The position numbers and the translations under genes were made by a program. A stretch of DNA of 64,000 nucleotides, from positions 1-64,000 of the IMG/VR virus record IMGVR_UViG_3300021256_002164. One strand, written 5' to 3'. Shown one piece after another: positions 40,333 to 49,228 of this stretch (position 1 is its first letter; every line of letters starts with the position of its first letter). This stretch comes from a virus. Taxonomy: Duplodnaviria > Heunggongvirae > Uroviricota > Caudoviricetes. The notes below the pieces were generated by a model. It worked only from the letters and a program-made list of their open reading frames with translations, made no database searches and had not been told where the DNA came from.

Positions 40333-40647
40333 ATGGATTTTAATACATATCAAGAAAATGCAAGACTATTTGCAAATTATCATAAAGAGCTCGGTCCATA
40401 TAGTGTAATATTGGATATGATAAATAATATAGGTATTCTTGGTGGAAAACTATATACTGTGCTTGAGCAAAGTAATGGAACATTTACTCCAGATGATAAA
40501 GCAAGAGTATCTATATCATTAGGTGATATAATGAATAATATTGCAAATATTGCTGCTGATTTAGGTTTGACATTAGATAATATTGTTTCTCTAAATCTAC
40601 GAAAAATGGAATTGTCAAAAAGTAAAGAGCAAAAACAAACTAATTAA
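40333..40647 (+). CDS. MazG-like nucleotide pyrophosphohydrolase
   Basis: All-α MazG core KELGPYSV…(E/D)-rich helix…LGDIMNNIANIAADLGLTLDNIV. Confidence 0.55.
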   Translation: MDFNTYQENARLFANYHKELGPYSVILDMINNIGILGGKLYTVLEQSNGTFTPDDKARVSISLGDIMNNIANIAADLGLTLDNIVSLNLRKMELSKSKEQKQTN

Positions 40648-41005
40648 TATCTTGAATAATTTTACTTGGCAATTCATTAGCACGTTTACCTTCGCAAGAT
40701 AAGAATGAACGGAATGTATCTAAGTATTCTTGTTGCGTCATTTTGAATATAAGGTCGTTAAATCCTAAAGAAATGGTTTTATATGTATCATAGATAAACG
40801 TGGTCCCAGAAGCCAATTTTGGAACAAATAACATATAATATTTATCTGTTTGATATGTGATTTGATTTGTATATTTATTTTTTTCTAAATTTACAACTTG
40901 AAAAATATTATATAAGTAAGCTTCTTTAGTTTCTTGTTTTAAATATAAAAAATTATTTGATAATTCATCAAGATTATCATATATAGATTTATCTAATTTA
41001 GTCAT
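40640..41005 (-). CDS. hypothetical protein
   Basis: 121-aa ORF. Confidence 0.4.
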   Translation of the reverse strand: MTKLDKSIYDNLDELSNNFLYLKQETKEAYLYNIFQVVNLEKNKYTNQITYQTDKYYMLFVPKLASGTTFIYDTYKTISLGFNDLIFKMTQQEYLDTFRSFLSCEGKRANELPSKIIQDIN

Positions 41006-41089
41006 AATTAATTAAAATATTTATAAAAATTAAGGGCATCTTTTTAATAATAAAAAGTGCCCTTATTAATTTATATTATACTTTAACTA

Positions 41090-41764
41090 TTATCCATTAG
41101 TAGTACCAGTTGCAAGAGTATCATACCAATAGTCTGAACGGAATGTACATTGTAATGTTAATGCTTCATTAGAAGTATAATCTAATGTATCAAGATTAGT
41201 AACACCTGTAAGCATTACATCTCTAAATATAACACTACGCCATACATCACCATTACGGTTACCTTGTGCAATTGTCATATGTGCTGCACAATAGTCTGAC
41301 TTAATTGAACGAGTACCATCGGCAAGGTCATAAGAAATATTTTCCCAAGCTCTGAATAAACGTAATACAAAGTTATCTGTTACATTACGTAAGTTAAGGT
41401 TGAATGTAATAGTTAAATCAGCATATGTACCACTATCCATTACGGGATTAAGATAAGATACATCTACACCATAGAACTTTTGAGTACCAGCCGTTGTTGT
41501 CTTTTGAAGAGCATCAAGACCAGAAACATTAGTAACTTGCTGTTGTAAGATAGCTAAATCTTGAATAAATTCTGGTTGAATCATTTGAGGGATAGAGAAT
41601 GATACTTCATAAATAGAATTATGTACAGGATCCCATTTATTAATACCAGATTTAATTGATCTAATATGAGGCAAATTATCTGTAATCGCTGCTTCAGGAC
41701 TTTGTAAATCTCCTTGTTTATATAATATAGTTTGGCCGGTTTTTCTTTGATTTTCAAATGCCAT
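41090..41764 (-). CDS. tail tube protein (gp19-like)
   Basis: Immediately downstream of the sheath gene. C-terminus …LTLQCTFRSDYWYD resembles the T4 gp19 C-terminus …QTFEVTLALDYWE. Confidence 0.55.
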   Translation of the reverse strand: MAFENQRKTGQTILYKQGDLQSPEAAITDNLPHIRSIKSGINKWDPVHNSIYEVSFSIPQMIQPEFIQDLAILQQQVTNVSGLDALQKTTTAGTQKFYGVDVSYLNPVMDSGTYADLTITFNLNLRNVTDNFVLRLFRAWENISYDLADGTRSIKSDYCAAHMTIAQGNRNGDVWRSVIFRDVMLTGVTNLDTLDYTSNEALTLQCTFRSDYWYDTLATGTTNG

Positions 41765-41878
41765 ATGTTTATATTATAGATATTTTTTTTATTTCCTTTA
41801 ATTAATAATAATTTAATACTATGAACTTTTAGTATTTGGCAGCCTGACTTACGTCAAGCTACCAAATTTATATATTAT

Positions 41879-44800
41879 TTAAGAACCTTTAATTGTAGAC
41901 ATCATTTGTCCAGTTCTGTAAAGTGTAAGTTCATGTACCATCTTACCACAACCCATACCAGGTTCGATATGAGTAGAGAGAACAGCCATTTCATTATCGA
42001 TAATTTCAGGAGTATTATTAGATTCATCCATGATATTAAGATAAGCTTGAAGACCTCCATTACTCATGATACGTGCGCAGATATCATTAGCACGAGCTAA
42101 GATTGCTTCACGAGTACGTGAATTATTGAATTCCCATTGATAAGCTTGAAGAACTTTTTCAACCTCATCTTGTAAGTAGATAACAAGTTCACGAACATGT
42201 ACTTTAGAAAGAGCAGATAATGGAATTTGCTTAGCTGTTTGGTTAGCATTAATGAATGTACCGAAGTTTGGACGATATACCATACAGTTAACACCAAATG
42301 GTTCAATAATTTGTAATTCATCCACTGAATACTTATAATCAGGACCAACCATACCACTTGCATATACACGACCATAGTTAGGACCAGCAACGATATAGTA
42401 AGGTTGACGTGTCATATATTTCTCAATGAATAAGTTAGAAACTAAACCAGCAGATGGAATAATATTATCAATATATCCATCAGAGAATTTCAATGGAGTA
42501 TAGAATGCAATGAATGAAGCACCTTCGCCATCATCAGGTAATGAGAATGATACAGAAGAAGCTTTCTTACGGTTACATCCCTTAACTACATATTGAACGT
42601 CAAATACATTCTTACTATCTGTAAATGATGCATAAGGACATTTTGTAAATGTTTGAACTGATGGGAAGTTAGCAATACAGAATGCACTTTGTTTTTGTTT
42701 ACATAAGTAAGAAAGTTCCTTCTTAATACTTGAATCTGGGAATGAAGCAAATGTATCAATTACATAGCGATAATCAATTTCAGACTTATTAAGAAGAGCA
42801 GTACGTAAGCCTTTATATTCAGAAAGAACTGAAAGAATTTGTTTTTGCCATTGTTCTTTAGCCCACATACCAACGCCATCTGGACGAGTCATTTCATAAA
42901 CATAACCTTCAAGATATAATGGTTTCATAGTACCAATTTCTTGGTTAAGTGGAGCATCCATACGAACAAGATATTTATTATCAACTGGACGCATTAAATC
43001 TTCATCTGCAGGCCAAATCATTGGTTTACCAGTTAATACAACATAGTGGAAATAGAAATCGCCAACTTTATGAACTAATTCAGGATGATTTACAGCGTCA
43101 ATTTCACCGTTAGCTATCTTTTCTTGTTCTTCTTTAATATCATCTTCAGTATAATACTTAGTACCTGTTTCTTGTACATAAACTGCATCACAGAAGTAAT
43201 CTTGTTCATCTTCTAATTCACCATCTTGGTCATAGTCAACAATCATATCTTCTGCAAGTAAGCAATCACCAGGTTTAAGAATTGATAATAATGAACGATC
43301 ATAATAGTTAGTTGTATATAACATTTCTTGATAAACCATTGGGATAATTTGTTGTTCACCCCATTGCCAAGGTTCACCAGTACCATATTCAACATCATCT
43401 GCATAGTCAATAAATGAAATAGATGTTCCATAAACTGAATCACCATCAGCTACTGTTTGATTAGTATATTTACTTTCTGTTACAAATTGAACATCTAAGA
43501 ATGATACACGAAGATCTTCATTAATATCAGTATAAAGATATTTATTAGTTGCATCTGGTTTTTCAAGGTTATTAATAGATGTAATAACTTTTTCAGGACC
43601 ACAAACACGGCAGCTATGACCATAAGGAATCAATTCTTCATGTGAACCATCTTCAGGCTCAATATATGCACTTTCATATGACCATGAAGTACCCATACCA
43701 TTCTTAAGTGCATAAACTTGAATTGCTTCTCCAGTTTCATCATCAGTCTTTGTTTCGCTATCAACCATGAATTTCTTACCTTCAATATCATGGTCAAATA
43801 CTACACCAAATTTTTCTGCAGCAATATCTGATGCATCACGTAATTGACCATCAGAATTTTGACCGAATTCAACACCATCAAAATTAACAGTTACAGTTTC
43901 ACCTGTAGCAACTTGACGTAATTCGATTTCAGTTTTAGTAACTGCAGAAACATATAATGTACCACTGATTGAACGTTTACTCTTTGCTATGAATGGAACA
44001 ATACCTTGTTCTTCATATGCACCTGTTTTAGTATTGAATACAGATTTTGTAGCATTAGTATGAATAGCTAACTTATCTGCAATAACAGGAGCATTTAAGT
44101 TACCAAGAACAGAAGTAGTAGCTGTACCATTATAAATATCATCAAGAGTTAAATGTGTATTATAAACTTTCTTATCTTCTGCACCTTCTTTTGTAGGAAT
44201 TTGAAGACGACCAGATAAATCAATAACTGTACCTTCATATTCATAAAGAAGATCAGTATTGAATGACATCATCATATTATGGATATCAATATCTGAATTA
44301 AATAAAATATCTAATGCAGCATATGAATTATTCTTATTCTTAAATTCAGGAATTAAGCAACCAATATAATGACCTACAGGATGAGATGTCATATCATTAT
44401 ATAACATATCAAGTGTATCAACAGGATCTCCAAATGCATCATAAACCTTTTCACGAAGACGAAGCTCTAATGTTGGATGTCCATTTTCATCCAAGTTATT
44501 AATATTCTTTTCAACAATGAAATAGTTTTTTAATGTATCAGAAGCTAGAACTTGTTTAGCAGTAAATTGTCCACGGAAGACATAGATTTCTGCAAAGAAG
44601 TCGCTAATAAGATTATTACGATACTTTTCTAAGAATTCAGGCATTTCGCCAGGATTATCAGAATACCAGTCTTGAACAGTAATATTATATTGAGAAACTT
44701 TTAAGCCAGAAGCTTTACGAATAAATACAGAACAAGATGTTTTCTTAGTATCAGTAATTGCGATATTAATATATTCATCCATTGTTTTTCCATAAATATC

Positions 44801-45235
44801 ACGTAAACCATTAAGCTTATCTGCTTCTAAAGTCCAGAAACGAGTTGTATCGTAAATATCTTCAACTTTAAGTTCTACTTGATCAATTGGATCTAATGTT
44901 GGATTAAATTGAGAAGAAATTGTTGCACCACCGACTGTTTCATTATTGAATTTCTTCAAGTTTAAAACAAGACAAGGTGAAACTTGAAGCATTTGAATCG
45001 CTAAGCGATGGAAAAATACTCCACGTTTTTCTAATTTCTTATTAATACCTCCAAACATTGATACAAAAGTCTGTGGGTCTTTAATATATACAGGAGTATT
45101 AAAAGGACCTTGTTCAGAATAACCAACAACGAGTCTTAATAATTCTGTATCATAATTTACAATAGTTGATTTATCAAAAACAACACGATAAATTCCCGCA
45201 GCTTTAAAATTTTGTAAATGAACTGGAATTGACAT
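41879..45235 (-). CDS. contractile tail sheath protein (gp18-like, enlarged)
   Basis: N-terminus AAGIYRVVFDKS…GPFNTPVYIKDPQTFVSMFG parallels T4 gp18 SPGIELKETTVQS…GPAFQIKQVTNEVDLVNTFG. C-terminus …EMAVLSTHIEPG…ELTLYRT parallels …EFVATFYIQPARSINYITLNFVAT. Confidence 0.7.
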   Translation of the reverse strand: MSIPVHLQNFKAAGIYRVVFDKSTIVNYDTELLRLVVGYSEQGPFNTPVYIKDPQTFVSMFGGINKKLEKRGVFFHRLAIQMLQVSPCLVLNLKKFNNETVGGATISSQFNPTLDPIDQVELKVEDIYDTTRFWTLEADKLNGLRDIYGKTMDEYINIAITDTKKTSCSVFIRKASGLKVSQYNITVQDWYSDNPGEMPEFLEKYRNNLISDFFAEIYVFRGQFTAKQVLASDTLKNYFIVEKNINNLDENGHPTLELRLREKVYDAFGDPVDTLDMLYNDMTSHPVGHYIGCLIPEFKNKNNSYAALDILFNSDIDIHNMMMSFNTDLLYEYEGTVIDLSGRLQIPTKEGAEDKKVYNTHLTLDDIYNGTATTSVLGNLNAPVIADKLAIHTNATKSVFNTKTGAYEEQGIVPFIAKSKRSISGTLYVSAVTKTEIELRQVATGETVTVNFDGVEFGQNSDGQLRDASDIAAEKFGVVFDHDIEGKKFMVDSETKTDDETGEAIQVYALKNGMGTSWSYESAYIEPEDGSHEELIPYGHSCRVCGPEKVITSINNLEKPDATNKYLYTDINEDLRVSFLDVQFVTESKYTNQTVADGDSVYGTSISFIDYADDVEYGTGEPWQWGEQQIIPMVYQEMLYTTNYYDRSLLSILKPGDCLLAEDMIVDYDQDGELEDEQDYFCDAVYVQETGTKYYTEDDIKEEQEKIANGEIDAVNHPELVHKVGDFYFHYVVLTGKPMIWPADEDLMRPVDNKYLVRMDAPLNQEIGTMKPLYLEGYVYEMTRPDGVGMWAKEQWQKQILSVLSEYKGLRTALLNKSEIDYRYVIDTFASFPDSSIKKELSYLCKQKQSAFCIANFPSVQTFTKCPYASFTDSKNVFDVQYVVKGCNRKKASSVSFSLPDDGEGASFIAFYTPLKFSDGYIDNIIPSAGLVSNLFIEKYMTRQPYYIVAGPNYGRVYASGMVGPDYKYSVDELQIIEPFGVNCMVYRPNFGTFINANQTAKQIPLSALSKVHVRELVIYLQDEVEKVLQAYQWEFNNSRTREAILARANDICARIMSNGGLQAYLNIMDESNNTPEIIDNEMAVLSTHIEPGMGCGKMVHELTLYRTGQMMSTIKGS

Positions 45236-45358
45236 ATTATGCGAATTTTAATATATTTTTATTATTGTTTTTATATAGTTTATTTATATATAATTTATAT
45301 GATAACTTATATAAAAATAATATTTTTTAAATCTAAAAGTTAAATTATATAAAAATTA

Positions 45359-45408
45359 AACAATATATTTAAAATAAAAGAGAGGAACCGAAATTCCTCT
45401 CTTCGATT
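45359..45408 (-). terminator. Rho-independent terminator downstream of the major capsid gene
   Basis: agagaggaa-ccgaaa-ttcctctct hairpin, then a T-run on the minus strand. The palindrome GGATATTTAAATATCC and the 20-mer taatatatagaagcaaaaac lie between the stop codon and the hairpin. Confidence 0.65.
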
Positions 45409-45464
45409 TTGGATATTTAAATATCCGCAATCTAATATATAGAAGCAAAAACGCTTGAATATTA

Positions 45465-47264
45465 TTAGATAATACCAAATTCTGAATGTACAGCAAATGT
45501 GAAGTACATAGATTCGGGGAAGAATCCAAGTTCAGCAAGTGCGAAGCGGCTGTTAAGAAGCATCTTAGGAGCCATTGTACCTTCAGCTGTGATTTGTACT
45601 TGGTCAGCAAGAATGTAAGGTAAGAATACCAAACCAGGGCTGTTAGCATCACCTTTACGACCTACGCAAATACGTGTGTCTTCCCAATCCATATAAGGAT
45701 CAACATAAACCTTCAAGCCAGCAACAGTACCACCCATGTAAAGGTCTTTAGAACCATCTTGTGCCATACCGTTAACCATAGGAGCTACAACATAACCAGA
45801 AACATCTTGGAGAGCAGCAGCAACTTGACCGTTAGTAACAATCCATGTAGGACGGCCACGACGACCAACATTTTGAATAACTGTAGCAGCAGCTAAGATA
45901 CGAGACATGATACGACGTTGACGAGTATGAAGATTTTCAGCACTTGTAAGTACTTCAGCATTTTCAATACCATCCCAAGTTTCAAGATGATCAACACCAT
46001 GGATATCTTTGAATTCTTTGATACCAAACTCTGAAAGAGCATGAGTAGCATTACCTTTACCCATCCAAAGGTTCAAATCAACATTTTGATAAGCTTTTTG
46101 TTGAGCTGCATTAGTAACACCAAGAGCAAAGATTCTTTCAAGGATACGTTGGTTAATGTGTTGAGTGATTTCATTTTGCATTTGTTCCATAATCTTACCA
46201 ACAGCATCAACACCATAAAGTGGAAGGTCTTGAAGTTGTTGACGAGTTACAGTACCAGTAACTTCATATGAACCCATTTGGATCCAACGTGAGAATAAAC
46301 GAAGACCGATTGTATTACCTGTACCAGTTTCGTTTTCAGCACGTGTCATTGTACGGTTAAAGTTCTTAGGATCAGAAGCTTTAACATTGAAGTTAGCAAA
46401 ACCATCAGCAAGGTCTACAGAAGTTTGAACGAAGTCAGCTTCAACTGTTTGAGCAGGAACATAATCAGCTTCACCTTCTGTACCTTGAGCAGCTTCTAAT
46501 GTAATTTCAGCACCACCAAGTGTTACTGTTGTAGCACTAGCAACAGCTTCACGAACAGAAGTGTCTTCATCACCACAATCTACAACTTCAACTAATGGGC
46601 AGCCATCCATACGACCCCATCCAATGAATAAACCATTAAGGTCACCAATAGTAACTGTATCGCCTTTCTTAGGTTTCTTAGTTGCATCAGCTTTAGCTTC
46701 TTTGATTTGTGCTAATGTAAGACCCTTAATCTTAACATAGATAGGTTTATTTTCATTACCTTCGCCTTTACCGTCAAATACAGTTTCATTTACACGGCCA
46801 AGTTTACCACCAGCATATGGGAAGTCCATATAAGAAAGCATATGCCAAGGACCTTTAGAAGGAATAACAGGAACAAGTTCTAAACCAATAGTAAGAAGAG
46901 CGATATTAAGAGCCATTGGAAGAGTACTCATAGGAATATCACCACTACCTACACTTTGTTGATAGAAGCTAGCTGTACCACCTACAGGAACTTGACCTTG
47001 GTCAAAACCAGGAGTATTAACTACACCAGGAGCATAAGGATTACCCATACCAGTTGTATTAAGAGGAGTAGCATAAATAGGACCTACAGCAGCAGGGTTA
47101 TTATTTAACACATTTCCTGCATTAACACCAAGTTGAGATTCATAGATTTCATGAACACTTGCGTATTGTGAAATCCAGTCTAATTTATCTTGATCATCAA
47201 CTTTAAAATTTTCAGTTAACATTTGACGCCACATATTTGCGCCATTTTGTTCAGTAATTAACAT
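45465..47264 (-). CDS. major capsid protein (T4 gp23-like, HK97 fold)
   Basis: PTWIVTNGQVAAALQDVSG ~ T4 GNFIIASRNVVNVLASVDTG; DLYMGGTVAGLKVYVDPYM ~ SVFAGVLGGKYRVYIDQYA. About 600 aa, as for gp23 precursors. A strong terminator follows. Confidence 0.8.
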   Translation of the reverse strand: MLITEQNGANMWRQMLTENFKVDDQDKLDWISQYASVHEIYESQLGVNAGNVLNNNPAAVGPIYATPLNTTGMGNPYAPGVVNTPGFDQGQVPVGGTASFYQQSVGSGDIPMSTLPMALNIALLTIGLELVPVIPSKGPWHMLSYMDFPYAGGKLGRVNETVFDGKGEGNENKPIYVKIKGLTLAQIKEAKADATKKPKKGDTVTIGDLNGLFIGWGRMDGCPLVEVVDCGDEDTSVREAVASATTVTLGGAEITLEAAQGTEGEADYVPAQTVEADFVQTSVDLADGFANFNVKASDPKNFNRTMTRAENETGTGNTIGLRLFSRWIQMGSYEVTGTVTRQQLQDLPLYGVDAVGKIMEQMQNEITQHINQRILERIFALGVTNAAQQKAYQNVDLNLWMGKGNATHALSEFGIKEFKDIHGVDHLETWDGIENAEVLTSAENLHTRQRRIMSRILAAATVIQNVGRRGRPTWIVTNGQVAAALQDVSGYVVAPMVNGMAQDGSKDLYMGGTVAGLKVYVDPYMDWEDTRICVGRKGDANSPGLVFLPYILADQVQITAEGTMAPKMLLNSRFALAELGFFPESMYFTFAVHSEFGII

Positions 47265-47366
47265 ATTTTATTAATTAATCAAAATTTATTTATTATGGTT
47301 GTTTTATATTTTTTAAATAATATTCTTATTTAATAATAAAAATTTAACAAAAGTTTTTATCAGTAT

Positions 47367-49124
47367 TTATTTTTGCTTACGTAAATACATCATTCTGTTT
47401 ATAATAGATTGATGATAATCATTTACTGGGCTATTTACTTGACTTTCTTTAACTGCAGTAGCAGTATCTTTCTTTGAAAAATCTACATTACTCCAGAATG
47501 ATTCAAGTACACCATCTTTTGTAAAATCATACATACGAGATGAACGAACAATTTCATCTTTACGTTCTTCTGAAAGCATTTCCCATGAAGGTTTAAATTC
47601 AGAAGGCATATTTTCTACAGCAAATACATTCTTATATTTACTTACTTCAACATTTTCTTTAACAATATTTTCTAAATCTTTATTTCCATTATCAGAAATA
47701 GTTTCAAGAAGAGTATCAATTTCTTCTAAGCGACCAGCTTTTTGTGATTCTAAAATATTATTAACTTTCTCATTAATAGTATTCATTTGTTCTTCAGCAA
47801 ATTCTTCAGTAATCCAAGAATCAACTACAGGAGCAAATTCTTCAGTAATCCAATTTTGAACTTCAGGTGAATATTCTTCTGTAATCCAATTTTGAACTTC
47901 AGGAGCAAATTCTTCACATATCCAACCTTGAACTTCAGGAGCAAATTCTTCACATACCCAATTTTGAACTTCAGGAGCAAATTCTTCAGTAATCCAACCT
48001 TGAACTTCAGGAGCAAATTCTTCGCATACCCAATTTTGAACTTCAGGAGCAAATTCTTCACATACCCAATTTTGAACTTCAGGAGCAAATTCTTCTGTAA
48101 TCCATTGTTGAACACCATTACTAATTAATTCAACAGCTTCATTAATTTTGTTTTCAATTGTAGAATTAATATCAGAATCATTAAGACGTTCAACTACAAT
48201 ATTATTTACATTATCCATAATTTGTGAATTGAAACTTTCTGCAAATTCATTAGTAATCCATTCTTGAATAGCATCATAATTAACATGAGGAACTTCTTCT
48301 AAAGATTCTTGAGCGATATGAAGTTGAGCTTCAAGAGAAGTAACTTTATCACTAAGCTTATCAATAGCTTCTTTTAAATCTTTCATATCAATTTTATCAG
48401 TATTATTTTTGTTATCTTTATTTTCTTTTTTATTATCATCATTATCTTTATCCTCTTCCTTTTTATCTTCCTCTTTTTTGTCTTCTTTCTTATCATCTTT
48501 TTTCTTATCGTCATCATCAGATAAAAGATCATCATCTAAAGAATCATCATCACCTTCGATAATTGCATACATAACATTACCATCATCTAAAGATTCATTA
48601 AGACATTCGAGAGTTTGATTTGATTTTAAAGATAATTTAGCTTGACTAAAACCTGGTGTACCAACCAAGTCATAAGTTTTAATAGTAGATAAAGTTACTC
48701 TACCTTCATTTGTAATAGTACCAGCGCCACGAGAAGAAATATAAAGTGGTAATCCACCTTCAACAATTGCTTGTGCAATTTGTCCTTTAGGTGTATTTAA
48801 TAAAACAATTGTACCAGTAATTGTTCCATCTTCATTCATTTGAATACTTTCAATTTTGTGAGATACATTTTCTAGATTAATATTCATAGAATTAGGATGT
48901 TCTAATTCACCAGGACAACCACTTTCTTTAATAACCTGTTGTAATGATTCAACCATTTGTTTATAGTTTTCTCTATCATAAACACGGTTATTCTGATTTT
49001 TTATACCACATACTCCAAATATTCCTTCAAGACGCATTAAACCATCACTTGTACTTTCTTTAATTGTTAGATCTGAAACTTTTCCCAATGTTTCATAAAC
49101 TAAGCAATGTTTTTTATTTGTCAT
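47367..49124 (-). CDS. prohead protease (T4 gp21-like) fused to a repeat-rich scaffold/core domain
   Basis: N-terminus GLMRLEGIFGVCGIKNQNNRVYDRENY ~ gp21 GLYIEGIF…VNRNKRLYPKRI. Then a poly-D/K/E linker and 9× tandem 12-aa repeats WITEEFAPEVQN (36-nt period, 47825..48130). Confidence 0.7.
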   Translation of the reverse strand: MTNKKHCLVYETLGKVSDLTIKESTSDGLMRLEGIFGVCGIKNQNNRVYDRENYKQMVESLQQVIKESGCPGELEHPNSMNINLENVSHKIESIQMNEDGTITGTIVLLNTPKGQIAQAIVEGGLPLYISSRGAGTITNEGRVTLSTIKTYDLVGTPGFSQAKLSLKSNQTLECLNESLDDGNVMYAIIEGDDDSLDDDLLSDDDDKKKDDKKEDKKEEDKKEEDKDNDDNKKENKDNKNNTDKIDMKDLKEAIDKLSDKVTSLEAQLHIAQESLEEVPHVNYDAIQEWITNEFAESFNSQIMDNVNNIVVERLNDSDINSTIENKINEAVELISNGVQQWITEEFAPEVQNWVCEEFAPEVQNWVCEEFAPEVQGWITEEFAPEVQNWVCEEFAPEVQGWICEEFAPEVQNWITEEYSPEVQNWITEEFAPVVDSWITEEFAEEQMNTINEKVNNILESQKAGRLEEIDTLLETISDNGNKDLENIVKENVEVSKYKNVFAVENMPSEFKPSWEMLSEERKDEIVRSSRMYDFTKDGVLESFWSNVDFSKKDTATAVKESQVNSPVNDYHQSIINRMMYLRKQK

Positions 49125-49228
49125 AAATTAATATTTGTACAAATATATTTATTATGTATATATAACTTATTAAAAATAATATTTTTCTAAAATAATATTT
49201 ATTTTTTATTTATTTTTTACTTTTTATA

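Noticed and set aside
42097-43446. Small ORFs inside the sheath gene (41906..42100+, 42097..42390-, 43243..43446-)
   Set aside because: Alternate-frame ORFs within a gene with clear gp18-like N- and C-termini.
47825-48130. Regular 36-nt tandem repeat array checked as a possible CRISPR array
   Set aside because: The repeats are contiguous with no unique spacers, in-frame within a long ORF (WITEEFAPEVQN protein repeats), and no cas genes are nearby. It is a coding tandem repeat.
48409-48618. 69-aa + strand ORF (MLSLFSFLLSSLSL…) and other short alt-frame ORFs at 47825..48128
   Set aside because: Reverse or alternate frames of the poly-D/K/E and repeat region of the protease-scaffold gene; low complexity, no independent support.
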